Of a stretch of 64,000 nucleotides of DNA, positions 48,585 through 59,092 are shown one piece after another. Source of the stretch: an uncultured Gemmatimonadaceae bacterium (GTDB lineage Bacteria > Gemmatimonadota > Gemmatimonadetes > Gemmatimonadales > Gemmatimonadaceae); contig CAVUDW010000003.1 of assembly GCA_963740355.1 (NCBI GenBank), forward strand, positions 1,376,001 to 1,440,000. Reading direction: 5' to 3'. The stretch's first letter is position 1. Every line of letters starts with the position of its first letter. Both the position numbers and the translations under genes were made by a program. The notes under the pieces were generated by a model, which saw nothing but the letters and a program-made list of their open reading frames with translations, was not told the origin of the DNA and made no database searches.

Positions 48585-49421
48585 GTGCCACATAATACTT
48601 CGGCCTTCCTGGCCCAGCTGACAGACGCCCGCGCGGCCTATCCGCTCCCAGCGCGCCTGCATGAGACGGTGCGGGACTGGATGCGCAGCGTCCTCTCCCT
48701 GCTCTTCCCGCACGCCGCGCCGCCGGGCGCCAGTCAGGACGTCTTCGGGGTGCGCCGAGAGTACGACACTGTGGCATCGACGCTGCAGGACCTGTTGCGT
48801 GCCCTGTTCAGTGACGACGAGCGTGCCAGCGCGGTGGCGGACGAGTTGATGGCCGCCCTCCCTGACATCCGCATCCGTTTGTACGCCGACGCCGACGCGC
48901 TGTATCAGATGGATCCGGCGGCCCAGAGCGTGGACGAGGTGTTTCTGGCCTATCCGGGCTTCCTCGCCACCATTTGCCACCGGGTGGCCCAGCCGCTCTG
49001 GCGCGCTGGGGTCCCGATCATGCCGCGCCTGATCACTGAGTGGGCCCACGAACGCACGGGCGTCGACCTGCATCCAGGTGCCACCATCGGCGATCGCTTC
49101 GCCATCGACCACGGCACCGGCATCGTCATCGGCGAAACCGCCCGCATCGGCAATGACGTTCGCCTCTATCAGGGGGTGACGCTTGGTGCATTGCGAGTCA
49201 ACAAGGCGCTGGCGAGTGTACAACGACACCCGACGATCGAGGATGATGTGACGGTGTACGCCAATGCGACGATCCTCGGCGGACGCACCGTCATCGGCAG
49301 GGGAAGTGTGATCGGCGGCAACGTCTGGCTCACACACAGCGTACCACCCGGGTCGATCGTGACCCATGCGGTGCCCGACGAACGGCTCCGCGATGACTAT
49401 CCACTGGAGTTCGAAATATGA
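48585..49421 (+). CDS. cysE: Serine O-acetyltransferase
   Basis: [33 protein letters not shown]. Confidence 0.93.
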   Translation: MPHNTSAFLAQLTDARAAYPLPARLHETVRDWMRSVLSLLFPHAAPPGASQDVFGVRREYDTVASTLQDLLRALFSDDERASAVADELMAALPDIRIRLYADADALYQMDPAAQSVDEVFLAYPGFLATICHRVAQPLWRAGVPIMPRLITEWAHERTGVDLHPGATIGDRFAIDHGTGIVIGETARIGNDVRLYQGVTLGALRVNKALASVQRHPTIEDDVTVYANATILGGRTVIGRGSVIGGNVWLTHSVPPGSIVTHAVPDERLRDDYPLEFEI

Positions 49422-50347
49422 GCCGCGCAGCCTCCATTCTCGGGACCATCGGCAACACGCCGCACGTGCATCTCGCGCGCCTCTTCGGCACACGCGTCGA
49501 CGTCTGGATGAAGCTGGAACGCGCGAACCCGGGCGGCAGCATCAAGGATCGCATCGCGATGGCGATGATCGAGGATGCGGAGCGCCGCGATGTGCTGAAG
49601 CCGGGCATGGTCATCATCGAGCCGACCAGCGGCAACACGGGCATCGGACTCGCGATGGTGGCGGCCGTGAAGGGCTACCGGCTGATCCTCGTGATGCCGG
49701 AGAGCATGTCGGTCGAACGCCGGCGCATCATGCTGGCGTACGGCGCAGAGTTCGAGCTCACCCCGCGCGAGCTGGGCATGAAGGGCGCGATCGCGAAGGC
49801 CAACGAACTGCTCGCGGCAACGCCGAACGGCTGGATGCCGCAGCAGTTCGACAACGCGGCCAATATCGAGATCCACAAGTGGACGACGGCGCGCGAGATC
49901 ATTGCGGACTTCCCCGAAGGCCTCGACTACCTGATCACCGGCGTGGGCACGGGTGGCCACATTACCGGCGTGAGTGAAGTGCTGAAGCAGACGATGCCGA
50001 ACCTGAAGACGCTGGCGGTCGAACCGGCGAAGTCCCCGGTCATCAGCGGCGGCGCACCGGGCCCGCATCGGTTACAGGGCATCGGCGCTGGCTTCATCCC
50101 CAACAACCTCCACACGGCCACACTCGACGGCACGGTGCAGGTGACGGAAGAGGAAGCGTTCGACTTCGCACGGCGCGCGGCGCGCGAGGAAGGCATCTTC
50201 ATCGGCGCATCCAGCGGTGCATCACTGGCCGCGATCGCACAGCTGCTGCCGACGATGCCCGACGGTGCGCGTGTACTGACGTTCTGCTACGACACGGGCG
50301 AGCGGTATCTCTCGGTCGACGGCCTGTTCCCCGCGCCACCGGTCTGA
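49418..50347 (+). CDS. cysK: Cysteine synthase A
   Basis: [38 protein letters not shown]. Confidence 0.96.
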   Translation: MSRAASILGTIGNTPHVHLARLFGTRVDVWMKLERANPGGSIKDRIAMAMIEDAERRDVLKPGMVIIEPTSGNTGIGLAMVAAVKGYRLILVMPESMSVERRRIMLAYGAEFELTPRELGMKGAIAKANELLAATPNGWMPQQFDNAANIEIHKWTTAREIIADFPEGLDYLITGVGTGGHITGVSEVLKQTMPNLKTLAVEPAKSPVISGGAPGPHRLQGIGAGFIPNNLHTATLDGTVQVTEEEAFDFARRAAREEGIFIGASSGASLAAIAQLLPTMPDGARVLTFCYDTGERYLSVDGLFPAPPV

Positions 50348-50348
50348 C

Positions 50349-50837
50349 ATGCGTCGTGCCGCATTGACGGCACTGCTCTGCCTGGCAGCGGCGTGCGATT
50401 CGCGCGCCGCCGCTGCGCCCGCACCACCGTCTGACGCACCGCCGTCCGAGGCACCACGCGCGATCACCCGCATCAGCCCCGCGGCTCGGCCGACGCGTGG
50501 CGTGGTGCATCGCGTGATGATGCTGATGGACAACGAGGGCTACCGCTTCGAGCCGAGTTACCTGACGGTGGCCGAAGGCGACGGCGTGTTGTTCCAGATG
50601 GTGAGCGGCGTTCCGCACAACGTGGCCTTCGACGAGAAGTTCATCCCGTCCAACGCCCGCGCGCAGCTGATCGCGAACCTCTCCCAGGTCGGCGGCCGCG
50701 ACCTCGCCGCCCCCGTCATCACCGTCGTCGACTCCTCGTTCGTGATCAGCACCACCGGCCTGCCCCACGGCGATTACCTCTTCTACTGCGCGCCCCATCG
50801 CAGCCTCAACATGCACGGCGTGCTGACCGTGCGCTGA
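50349..50837 (+). CDS. Type-1 blue copper (plastocyanin/azurin-like) lipoprotein
   Basis: Lipobox AAAC; FEPS, PHNV, YCAPH..M copper ligands. Confidence 0.9.
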   Translation: MRRAALTALLCLAAACDSRAAAAPAPPSDAPPSEAPRAITRISPAARPTRGVVHRVMMLMDNEGYRFEPSYLTVAEGDGVLFQMVSGVPHNVAFDEKFIPSNARAQLIANLSQVGGRDLAAPVITVVDSSFVISTTGLPHGDYLFYCAPHRSLNMHGVLTVR

Positions 50838-50870
50838 CCCGCCTTTCGTGGCCGAGCAAACAAGCGAACG

Positions 50871-51208
50871 GCGACGCTGCGCTTTCGCCCGGCGGTCCAC
50901 ACTTACTCACGCGGAGGCGCGGAGGACCGCGGAGCCGCGGAGGTTCGCGCGCGGTGGCCATCGTTTGCGTGGCTCGGAGGTTTAACTACAGGGGAACTGC
51001 TTTCGCCTCCGCTGCATAGTGACCGCGATAGAAACGATTGCGCACCGACCATGGCAATGACGCGCAGCCCCCCAAAAATGCCGTTGCTCTTCCGCCCGCG
51101 ACTGACCCCTCCGCCGCCTTAGGCGTCCAGCGCTTTTCCCCGCGGCTCCGCGTCCCCCGCGGCTCCGCGTGAGCGAGTGTGGACCGTCAGGCGTAAGCGC
51201 AGCGTCGC
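50871..51208. repeat. Long-inverted-repeat element, copy 4 (best preserved)
   Basis: ~70-bp terminal IR GCGACGCTGCGC..GGTCCACAC..CTCACGCGGAG; internal AGGGGAACTGC; followed by degenerate CGCGGAGGATCA-like 10-mers to 51258. Confidence 0.85.
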
Positions 51209-51256
51209 GGAGGATCACGCAGGGTCACGCGGGGGATCGCGGAGGAGCGCGGAGGA

Positions 51257-52720
51257 TCAGGGTACGCGGTCGCCGGTCGTCGTGAGCGCGAGATCACACA
51301 CGACGCTGCCGTCCGCCGCAGACGCGGTGAGGCGAGTCACGGCTTGTACGGCGCCACTGCGGCTGATACGGCCCGCGACACGCACCGTGACGAACGAGTT
51401 CGACGGCCCGCGCACCGGTGATACGTCGACGCCAGATTCGAACAGTCCATCGCTGCGGACCGACGCGTTGAAACTCTGGCCGTTGAGGAACTCCATCTTC
51501 ATCATCGGCGCACCACGCAAATGTCGGAGCACCAGGTCGGTGCCCGGTGCGAACGTGCGCGCGACGTCCCGGCATGGCGCACGTTCGGCGCCCCACCGCT
51601 CTGCATAGCGCACCCGATAGCGTCCCGCAAACGAGATCGGGGCGAGGGCGCCGTCATCACCCAGCAGCGGCGCGTTGTCGTCGCCAAAACGCATCGTGCG
51701 ACCGTCGCGCGTCACGATCCGGTCGATGTCGGACTTCGCGATCTCGAACTCGAGACCGGAATCGCCGTCCTTCACGATCACCGTCTGCTGTCGCACACTC
51801 AGCACGCGCCCCTCGATCACGCGCCCCGCATGCATCACGATGTCGTCGGCAGTACGCGGCGAGGCGGGAGCGACCGTCACCGGCGCACGAACTACGGGCG
51901 CAGCCGAGTCGCGCGTCGAGCGGGCGCTGTCGCGTGCGGCCGGTGAGACGGGCGTTGGTGCGATGCCTGACGCCTCCGCTACCGCGACAGCCGGAGTCGG
52001 CGGAGACGATGCAGGCGAGCCCGTGCCAGCGTCGCTGGCGGCCACGCGCGGCACCTGCACATCGAACCGCCCAGGCTCGGGTGTTGGCAGCACCGGCTGG
52101 CGCGTTGGCGCGGCTGTCGACGGTCGCGTAGCAGCAGCGGGCGATTCACTCGCTCGCTCGGCGCGACGGTTCGTGTCCCAGAATGCAAACGCGACCAGGC
52201 CGGTGAAGACCACGCCCATGCCCAGCATCAAGCTGTTCGTCTGGCGATACGCCTTCAGTGATGCCGCGCTCGGCTGCGCCGCCGTAGTTGGCGGACGAGT
52301 GGAAGGCATCGGCGCACCAGTGGTGGGCCGTGGCTGCTGTCGTGGCGCGATCACTGGGCGTGGCGTCGCGACGCGTGCGACCGGGACCGGATCTGGTCCG
52401 AGGGCATTCGTCCACGCATCTGCCACGAAACGGGCAATCCCCGGTTCCACGAAGCGCTGCACCTGCAAGTCGCCGGCAAGGCGCGCCGCCGCCGCGTCCC
52501 ACACCTGCCGACTCGCCGAACGATCGGGAAGTTGGCGCAGCATTCCGTCGTCATACGCCCGCAGCAGCAACTCGGCTACCGGCATCGCGTCGCTGCTCAC
52601 CGCATCGAGCAGCAGGTTGCGGAAGCGGCGCCGGTCTTTCAGCGGCCATTCCGACGGGTCGCGCACGAGCCGCTTCAATTCCGCCGCGAGGCCGGCACGC
52701 ACATCCAGCGGCGTGGCCAC
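51257..52720 (-). CDS. Uncharacterised single-pass membrane protein, fourth gene of TerY-P operon
   Basis: GTG overlaps kinase stop (TAGTG); helical N-domain, Pro/Thr linker, TM LMLGMGVVFTGLVAFAFW, second linker, beta-rich C-domains. Confidence 0.75.
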   Translation of the reverse strand: MATPLDVRAGLAAELKRLVRDPSEWPLKDRRRFRNLLLDAVSSDAMPVAELLLRAYDDGMLRQLPDRSASRQVWDAAAARLAGDLQVQRFVEPGIARFVADAWTNALGPDPVPVARVATPRPVIAPRQQPRPTTGAPMPSTRPPTTAAQPSAASLKAYRQTNSLMLGMGVVFTGLVAFAFWDTNRRAERASESPAAATRPSTAAPTRQPVLPTPEPGRFDVQVPRVAASDAGTGSPASSPPTPAVAVAEASGIAPTPVSPAARDSARSTRDSAAPVVRAPVTVAPASPRTADDIVMHAGRVIEGRVLSVRQQTVIVKDGDSGLEFEIAKSDIDRIVTRDGRTMRFGDDNAPLLGDDGALAPISFAGRYRVRYAERWGAERAPCRDVARTFAPGTDLVLRHLRGAPMMKMEFLNGQSFNASVRSDGLFESGVDVSPVRGPSNSFVTVRVAGRISRSGAVQAVTRLTASAADGSVVCDLALTTTGDRVP

Positions 52721-54180
52721 TAGCTGGTCCTCATGCTGACGCGCCATGTGCGGCCTGCGCCGCCATCAGCGCGTGAGGCGACCGCGATCTCGAGATCGTC
52801 CACCAACTGCACCGGGGCGTTGCGCCCGATCACCTGCCCCGACGACGTGTGCCATTCACGCTCGGTGAGGTTCACCAACCACCACACCCCTTCGTGGAAA
52901 CTGGTGTACGCCACCGCGTCACGGGGTACCTCTTCGCGCGGCCGCACATCGGTGTCGAAATGCCATTGATGCAGCGTGCGATGGTGGAACAGTGCCGTCG
53001 CAATGCCATCGTCGCGCCACGCGTTGCCAGTACCCCGACCGGCACGCAACATCGGCACTGCGCGATGCACCACTTCGCCGCTCCAGGCATCGACCAGCGC
53101 GCCACTGTCCGGCACGATCAGCCACCCACGACCTGATGGCGTCGGCATGATGCGCTCCAGCGTGCGATAGAGCGCCTCTTCCCACTCCACTGCGTCGGGG
53201 CGTTTCGCAGGCACGTGCAGCGCGTCCTCGAACGCGCGCCGCATCAGCGGCGCGAGGTGCGGCCCCAGTGCCTCGACGGCCACCGTGATTGGCACATCCG
53301 ACGGATTGCGGCGATCCGTGCGGTGCTCCACGAACAGCGCCTTGCGGCCCATCGACAGTTGCTCATCCTCTTCAGCACTGCGAGTGCTGTTCACCAGCGT
53401 CCCGCGCAATGGATGTCGCTGCAGCAACAGCTCATAGAACAACACGGCCAGCGCGTGCTTGTCGGTCTCGATCGACGGCAGCGCGGTGCCGGCCACGACC
53501 TCCGGCGCCATGTACCCCGGCGTGCCAAGCACCGTCGGCGGCGCCAGGCCCGGCACCACCAATGCATCGATATCGATCACACAGGCGTCGCCGCCGCGCA
53601 GGTCCACCAGCACGTTGCGATTCGACAGGTCGCTGTGTGCGAGGCCTGCGAAGTGCAATCGTCGCACCGAGCGCGCGAGGCGCATGCACACCTGCAGGCG
53701 CGTCAGCAGCGATCCCTTCTCGACATCGGGGATCAGCGCACCCGCCTTTCTCCCGGTGAACCAGCGCACTTCCTTCTCGACCCGGTTGCCGAAGCGGTCC
53801 TGCATGAAGAACACGTTGCGATACACTGGCATCACGACGCCAAGTGTGGGCTGCGCCAGCGAATGGGCGCGGGCGAAGTCGGCCGGCGCAGCCTGTGCAC
53901 CATCGACGATGCCCGTCGGCCAGCAGAAGGCATCGCGCCAGTAGGCGGCACCCGCGCCTCGTGTCGGATCATAACTCGAGACGATGCGACGCAGACGTTC
54001 CAGCCGCTCGGTACGATCGCGCAAGGCACCGAAGTAGAACGCCACCACTTCACGCCCATCCACCGTGAGGAACGCGACCTTCTCCGCCCCGCTGGCCAGC
54101 GGCGTGGGACGCAGCGTCAGCGTCCGCCCATCGGTCGTGTGCACCGTCACCGCTGCCATCCGTGCCGCGCTCGCACTCAT
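52720..54180 (-). CDS. TerY-associated Ser/Thr kinase with C-terminal FHA-like beta domain
   Basis: FCWPTG, HSDLSNRN, IDID, GTPGYMAPE, TDKHALA, RHPLRG; ATGA overlap with PP2C stop. Confidence 0.88.
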   Translation of the reverse strand: MSASAARMAAVTVHTTDGRTLTLRPTPLASGAEKVAFLTVDGREVVAFYFGALRDRTERLERLRRIVSSYDPTRGAGAAYWRDAFCWPTGIVDGAQAAPADFARAHSLAQPTLGVVMPVYRNVFFMQDRFGNRVEKEVRWFTGRKAGALIPDVEKGSLLTRLQVCMRLARSVRRLHFAGLAHSDLSNRNVLVDLRGGDACVIDIDALVVPGLAPPTVLGTPGYMAPEVVAGTALPSIETDKHALAVLFYELLLQRHPLRGTLVNSTRSAEEDEQLSMGRKALFVEHRTDRRNPSDVPITVAVEALGPHLAPLMRRAFEDALHVPAKRPDAVEWEEALYRTLERIMPTPSGRGWLIVPDSGALVDAWSGEVVHRAVPMLRAGRGTGNAWRDDGIATALFHHRTLHQWHFDTDVRPREEVPRDAVAYTSFHEGVWWLVNLTEREWHTSSGQVIGRNAPVQLVDDLEIAVASRADGGAGRTWRVSMRTS

Positions 54181-55184
54181 CGCTTCACGTCCGCACCGCG
54201 CCATGCCAACAGCAGCGAGCGATCGTCAACTTCGCCGCGTTGCTCGAAGCCCAGCCACTGCAAGAGGGCGCTCGCCTCTCCAAGCACCGATGGCGCCACT
54301 GGCTGCCGCGCCGTTCCGATCGGCGTCGCGGTGCCATGGCGCCACTGCTCCACCAGCGCGGCGCCGGTCTGTTCCAGCGGATGAAACGGATCGTCCACGC
54401 CGTCGGTCATCAGCGCGATCAACGCGACGTCGGACGCACGCACCTGTCGCAATGCTGCCGCCTGCGTCATCGCACACGCGTCCGGCACGAAGCAGGTGAC
54501 TTCCCCCGCCCATCCCGTTTCCCGCATTGCACCAACTCGCGCCACCGATCCATCGGTGCGCTGCACCAGCACCGCCCCATCCCCAACCTGCGACACGAGC
54601 ATCAGGTCATCGAGGATTGCGACCAGCAAAACCGTCGTGCGGAGCGAGGACGGAGAGACCTCGCCGGCAGTTGCCAGTTCGTGCAAGCGCATCGCCGCGT
54701 CATGCACCGCGTGCGCCATCGCCGTGCCGAGTCGCGACACCGGCGATGCATCGCTCGCGCCGGCCATGTATCGCCGATGCGTGTTGTCGACCGCCAGCTG
54801 TGCTGTCACCGCAGCCCCGATGCGGCTCAGGGCACTCGACCCCGCACCATCTGCCACCGCCAGCACCAGCAGCCCATCGCGCGACAGCGCAGCGATCGCG
54901 TCATCGCGATATTCGCCACGATGCGCGTGCGACTTGCCGCGCACACTGGCGCCCAGCACCTGCCAGTCACCCGCCTGCAGCTGCAGCAGTCGTGGCTCGA
55001 CCGAGACCTCAGCGATCCAGCGCGCGTCGAGCCGGGCGGCGATCACCTCGGGGCTCCACGCGCTCTCCGGATCGCGCGCACTCCACGATGCCGGAACCTG
55101 CGCGGCATCCGCATCGACCGTCGGCGTGAACTCCAACGAGTCCGTTGGCACGGCGACGTCCTCTCCTCCCGACGCTGCAGGCAC
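54177..55184 (-). CDS. PP2C-like phosphatase (TerY-associated)
   Basis: SVRGKSH..RDD, VADGAGS, GDG, TDGVDDP, DDRS. Confidence 0.9.
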   Translation of the reverse strand: MPAASGGEDVAVPTDSLEFTPTVDADAAQVPASWSARDPESAWSPEVIAARLDARWIAEVSVEPRLLQLQAGDWQVLGASVRGKSHAHRGEYRDDAIAALSRDGLLVLAVADGAGSSALSRIGAAVTAQLAVDNTHRRYMAGASDASPVSRLGTAMAHAVHDAAMRLHELATAGEVSPSSLRTTVLLVAILDDLMLVSQVGDGAVLVQRTDGSVARVGAMRETGWAGEVTCFVPDACAMTQAAALRQVRASDVALIALMTDGVDDPFHPLEQTGAALVEQWRHGTATPIGTARQPVAPSVLGEASALLQWLGFEQRGEVDDRSLLLAWRGADVKR

Positions 55185-55187
55185 CGG

Positions 55188-55829
55188 TCAGGGAATGATC
55201 GTGATGCCCGGCGGCGGCGGCGGCAACGTGATTGCGCCACCGTCACCCATCGACCCCACCTTGGCGCTGGTCGTCTTCACACTCGCCGAGACGAACTTGA
55301 AGAACGCACGGAAGGCGTCCGGCGACATGTCGCGCATCTGGATCACCGTGTCGGTGGTCTCGCGCAGCGCCACGAGGTCGGCGTGATCACCGCAGGCCAC
55401 GGCGATGATGTTGGCGGGCCGCCGGTTGCGGAGTTCACCCGCGTATTGTGGCCACGCCGTGTCGGTCGGTGCGCCATCGGACAGGATGAACACCAGCGGC
55501 CGCCAGTCACCCTTCTGCTCGGCGGTCGTGCGCACCACCTCCATCTCGAAACACTCCAGCAGCACACGGAGCGCGTCGCCGTAGTTCGTTTGCCCGTTGG
55601 CGTCCATCTCGGGCGGGATGAAGCTGCTCACCTCCGTCAGCGGCACCACCTGGATCGCGACATCGGCGAACGTGATCACGCTCAGGTAGGCACTCTCGAC
55701 GGCCTGCGGATCGGTGAGCAGGTCCCGATGCAACTGGCGAATGCCGGCCTTGACGCTCTCGACGGGCGTACCTCGCATGGAGCCGGAAACATCGGCCAGG
55801 ATGTAGACGGGAAGGCGGCGCAGCGACAC
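55188..55829 (-). CDS. terY: TerY-type von Willebrand A protein
   Basis: RRLPVY..DVSGSM MIDAS, KGDWRP, SDGAPTD, FFKFVSAS, LPPPPP ending; GGAG RBS before GTG 55829. Confidence 0.9.
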   Translation of the reverse strand: MSLRRLPVYILADVSGSMRGTPVESVKAGIRQLHRDLLTDPQAVESAYLSVITFADVAIQVVPLTEVSSFIPPEMDANGQTNYGDALRVLLECFEMEVVRTTAEQKGDWRPLVFILSDGAPTDTAWPQYAGELRNRRPANIIAVACGDHADLVALRETTDTVIQMRDMSPDAFRAFFKFVSASVKTTSAKVGSMGDGGAITLPPPPPGITIIP

Positions 55830-55979
55830 GAACACTCCGGAAACGAGGTGCGGGGCACGCCCTCTGGCGCGCCACTCCGCAATCGTAACACCTGAAACCA
55901 GATCGCTGTTTCGACAGCAGGCTCGCCGGCTGCCAAAGCGGCTCCCCGAAATGGGGCGCCGAGCGTATCGCCGCGAGGG

Positions 55980-58034
55980 CTAGGTGGCGGGCGGCGCGTC
56001 GGGCGGTGTCACGGACAGTGCCACGCCGAGCTTGAGCGCAACGCGCCGGGCCATCGCCGCGCTGGTGAAGGGCTTGGCAAGGAAGTCGGTCTCGATGTTC
56101 AACCCACGAACCTCTTCCAACGCATCTTCGGGATATCCCGACATGAACAGGACCGGGAGGCCGGGCATCTGCTGGTGCAGTCGCGCCGCGAGTTTCGGCC
56201 CGCTCAGCCCAGGCATCATGACGTCGGTCACCAGCAGGTCGACCTGTCCGGCGTTCGCCTCGGCCATCCGCAACGCCTGCAACCCGTCGGGGGCGAGGAG
56301 CACGGTGTAGCCGAGGCGCTGCAGGATGCGGGCGACCGTGGCGCGTGTGCCGTCGTCGTCTTCCGCCACCAGGATCGTGGCGCCGCCACCGGCAAACGCC
56401 GCCGCAGGTTGCACCGCCAGGATCGCCGAGGGTGCGTTGGCGAACGGAAACTCGAGAATCACCGATGTCCCGCGCGATGGTGAGGACTCGATGTCGGCGC
56501 GGCCACCGCTTTGCATCGCCATGCCGTGAACAGCGGCCAGGCCAAGTCCCGTCCCTCGACCGCGTGGCTTGGTGGTGAAGAATGGCTCGAAGGCACGCGC
56601 CTGTGTCGCGGCATCCATGCCCACCCCTTCGTCCCGCACGCGCAGCCGCACCCACGTTTCACCGTCATCGTTGGTCATGCGCACGACCGTCAGCGTACAA
56701 GTACCACCGTTCGGCATCGCGTCCCGCGCATTGCTGACGAGGTTCACCAGCGTCTGTTCCAGCTGACCCACATCGGCGCGGATGCGACAGTCCGGCTCCA
56801 CGTCACAGGAAATCCGCGCCTGCTCGCCGGCCACGCGTTGCAGCAAGCGTCGCAGGCTCAACACCTGGGCCGACAGGTCGAAGACACGCGGATGCACCAC
56901 CTCACGCCGCGCAAACGCCAGCAATTGACGGGTTAACGTTGCGCCGCGTTCCTGCGCTGCAAGGATCTCATCCAGCAGTGGTGACGCTCGTTCATCGCGC
57001 AACTCGGCGCGCAGCACCTCCGCCGATGTGCCGACGATGGTGAGGATGTTGTTGAAGTCATGTGCGATCCCGCCCGCCAGCTGGCCCACGGCTTCGAGCC
57101 GTTGTGAATGGGCGAGTTGCAGCTCCATCTCGCGTCGCGTCTGCTCGGCGCTGATACGCTCCGACAGGTCGCGCAGCACGAGCTGTCGCCGGCCGCTGTC
57201 CATGGTGCGCCATGTGACCTCGAGCTCCACCGTCGTGCCGTCGATGCGATGCAATGACCAGGCAAGGGGACGCTCGCCGGTATCGTGGATGTCGAAACCG
57301 GTCGCCACGTCGCCGCGCGCGTCAGCGGCGGTCAGCACCGCGCAGATGCGCCGTCCAATGCACTCGGCGAGCGGTAGGCCAAGCAGACGGATCGCCGCCG
57401 GATTGGCAATCTGCACCAGATCGTTGGCATCGACGACCAGGATGCCGTCAGGCGCGCTGCTGATCGTTTCCGACAACTCGCGTTCCTTGCGTACCACTTC
57501 CACGAAGGCGCGATCGAGAATCGAGAGTTCGATCGTGACCAGCCCCCACACCGCACTGGTGATCACAGCATGGGCGACGAGCCAGTAGATGACACTCGGC
57601 GTGACACCGCTAGCCTGGATCGGCGGCGAAAGAAGCACCACCGGCCATGTGACGACGAGGGCGGAAACCGTGAGGATGGTTGCGTGACGTGGTTGCAGCA
57701 GCAGCGTTGCAGCGACCACCACCGGCGCGGTCGCCAGCAGCGACGGGCTGGGGAACTGCGTGGCGGTGAGTATTCCGTAGTTCACCTCGCAGCACACGCC
57801 GAACAAACCGACCAGACCACCCTGGAAGACGCGCCCCTGATGCGCGAGCAGCGCGCCAACGGCGCACATCATCGCCGCCAGGATCAATGGCAACTGCTGG
57901 CGCGTCGGATCGGCGAGGCTGACCAGCGCGAGCACGAGATACGCGACGGTGCCGATCACGGCTCCAATCAGCACCCATCGACGCGTGTCCGAGTACTCGA
58001 AACGCAGTGATCGCGGCGGAGCCTCAGGTATCAC
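55980..58034 (-). CDS. Hybrid sensor kinase (TM-PAS-HisKA-HATPase-REC)
   Basis: GIAHDFNN, NARDAM, FFTTKPRGRGTGLGL, TDVMMP, FMSGY, KPF. Confidence 0.93.
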   Translation of the reverse strand: MIPEAPPRSLRFEYSDTRRWVLIGAVIGTVAYLVLALVSLADPTRQQLPLILAAMMCAVGALLAHQGRVFQGGLVGLFGVCCEVNYGILTATQFPSPSLLATAPVVVAATLLLQPRHATILTVSALVVTWPVVLLSPPIQASGVTPSVIYWLVAHAVITSAVWGLVTIELSILDRAFVEVVRKERELSETISSAPDGILVVDANDLVQIANPAAIRLLGLPLAECIGRRICAVLTAADARGDVATGFDIHDTGERPLAWSLHRIDGTTVELEVTWRTMDSGRRQLVLRDLSERISAEQTRREMELQLAHSQRLEAVGQLAGGIAHDFNNILTIVGTSAEVLRAELRDERASPLLDEILAAQERGATLTRQLLAFARREVVHPRVFDLSAQVLSLRRLLQRVAGEQARISCDVEPDCRIRADVGQLEQTLVNLVSNARDAMPNGGTCTLTVVRMTNDDGETWVRLRVRDEGVGMDAATQARAFEPFFTTKPRGRGTGLGLAAVHGMAMQSGGRADIESSPSRGTSVILEFPFANAPSAILAVQPAAAFAGGGATILVAEDDDGTRATVARILQRLGYTVLLAPDGLQALRMAEANAGQVDLLVTDVMMPGLSGPKLAARLHQQMPGLPVLFMSGYPEDALEEVRGLNIETDFLAKPFTSAAMARRVALKLGVALSVTPPDAPPAT

Positions 58035-58174
58035 GTCGTGCCCATGAGGGGTGGCGTCGGCGTCCGGGGTGGGTACATGGGACGGAGAATAACCCCCTCT
58101 GGCCTGCCCCGCCGTTCGCGATCTACCAGGCAGCCCACTCCGGCCGTCGGCGCCAACCGTTTACGACGAATCGC

Positions 58175-59092
58175 TTACGCCACGCGTGTTTCGCGAGGTG
58201 TGCGTCGCGAGCGCAGGGCGCGCGCGACAAACACCAGTCCACCCACCAGCAGCACCATCGGCCCGCCATAGACCACGGCCCAGATCAATCCATTTACCAG
58301 CGAGCGTGATGTCGCGAGCAGGGCGCGCGTCGCATCGCGCAGCACACCGCGGGGCTGCCAGGTGGCCGATGCGATCGGCGTCGCGACCACGTCCGGGCGC
58401 AGGTCGAGGGTAATCGTCGAGAGGGCCGCCAACTGCGTCAGCGACTGCAACTCTGCGGTCCGCTGCTCGATCTCCCCCCGTACCCGAGACAACTCGGTGT
58501 GCACCTCCAGTACGTCCGACGCCTTCTGCGTCTTCTGGCGCACCGTCACCAGCAGCGCCCGCAACTCGGTCTCGGTCGCCCGAAGGTTGGTCAGCTGCGC
58601 CGTGAGGTCCACCGCCTGCCGCGTCACATCCTCACCCGTCACCGACTCGTTGTCGACCCGCACGGCCATCCCGCGCAGCCGCGCCAGCGTCGCGTCGAGC
58701 TTCGCCGCCGGCACCCGCACCGTCATGCTGGCGCGATCCAGCTCCCCCTCGCGCCAAAGTCGCGATGCGCCAAGAAACCCCTCCACCTCGCGGGTTGCAT
58801 CGGCCACCTGCTGCGTCGCCCGGCGCACGTCGCTCACCTGCAGGGAGATGTCCGCCGTTCGCACGATCATGCGCTGCACGGCCGGGGCGGTCGGCGCGGC
58901 CGCGCTGGGGGTGGCGAAGCCTGCGGCAATCGCGCGCTGCTGGGGCGCCGCCGCGTCTGACATGCTCTCCGAGGCGCCCCGCTCGACCGGTGCCCCGCCC
59001 GAGGCGACCATCGCACTTCGTGGCGCCGACTCGTCCGATCCCCGGCTGCACGCGCTCAGCACCGCCACGACCACCAGTCCCCGACGCCACAT
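58175..59092 (-). CDS. DUF4349-family lipoprotein
   Basis: Lipobox LSAC, MIVRTA, TVRVP, EDVT, ELSRVRGEIE, C-terminal TM. Confidence 0.88.
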   Translation of the reverse strand: MWRRGLVVVAVLSACSRGSDESAPRSAMVASGGAPVERGASESMSDAAAPQQRAIAAGFATPSAAAPTAPAVQRMIVRTADISLQVSDVRRATQQVADATREVEGFLGASRLWREGELDRASMTVRVPAAKLDATLARLRGMAVRVDNESVTGEDVTRQAVDLTAQLTNLRATETELRALLVTVRQKTQKASDVLEVHTELSRVRGEIEQRTAELQSLTQLAALSTITLDLRPDVVATPIASATWQPRGVLRDATRALLATSRSLVNGLIWAVVYGGPMVLLVGGLVFVARALRSRRTPRETRVA

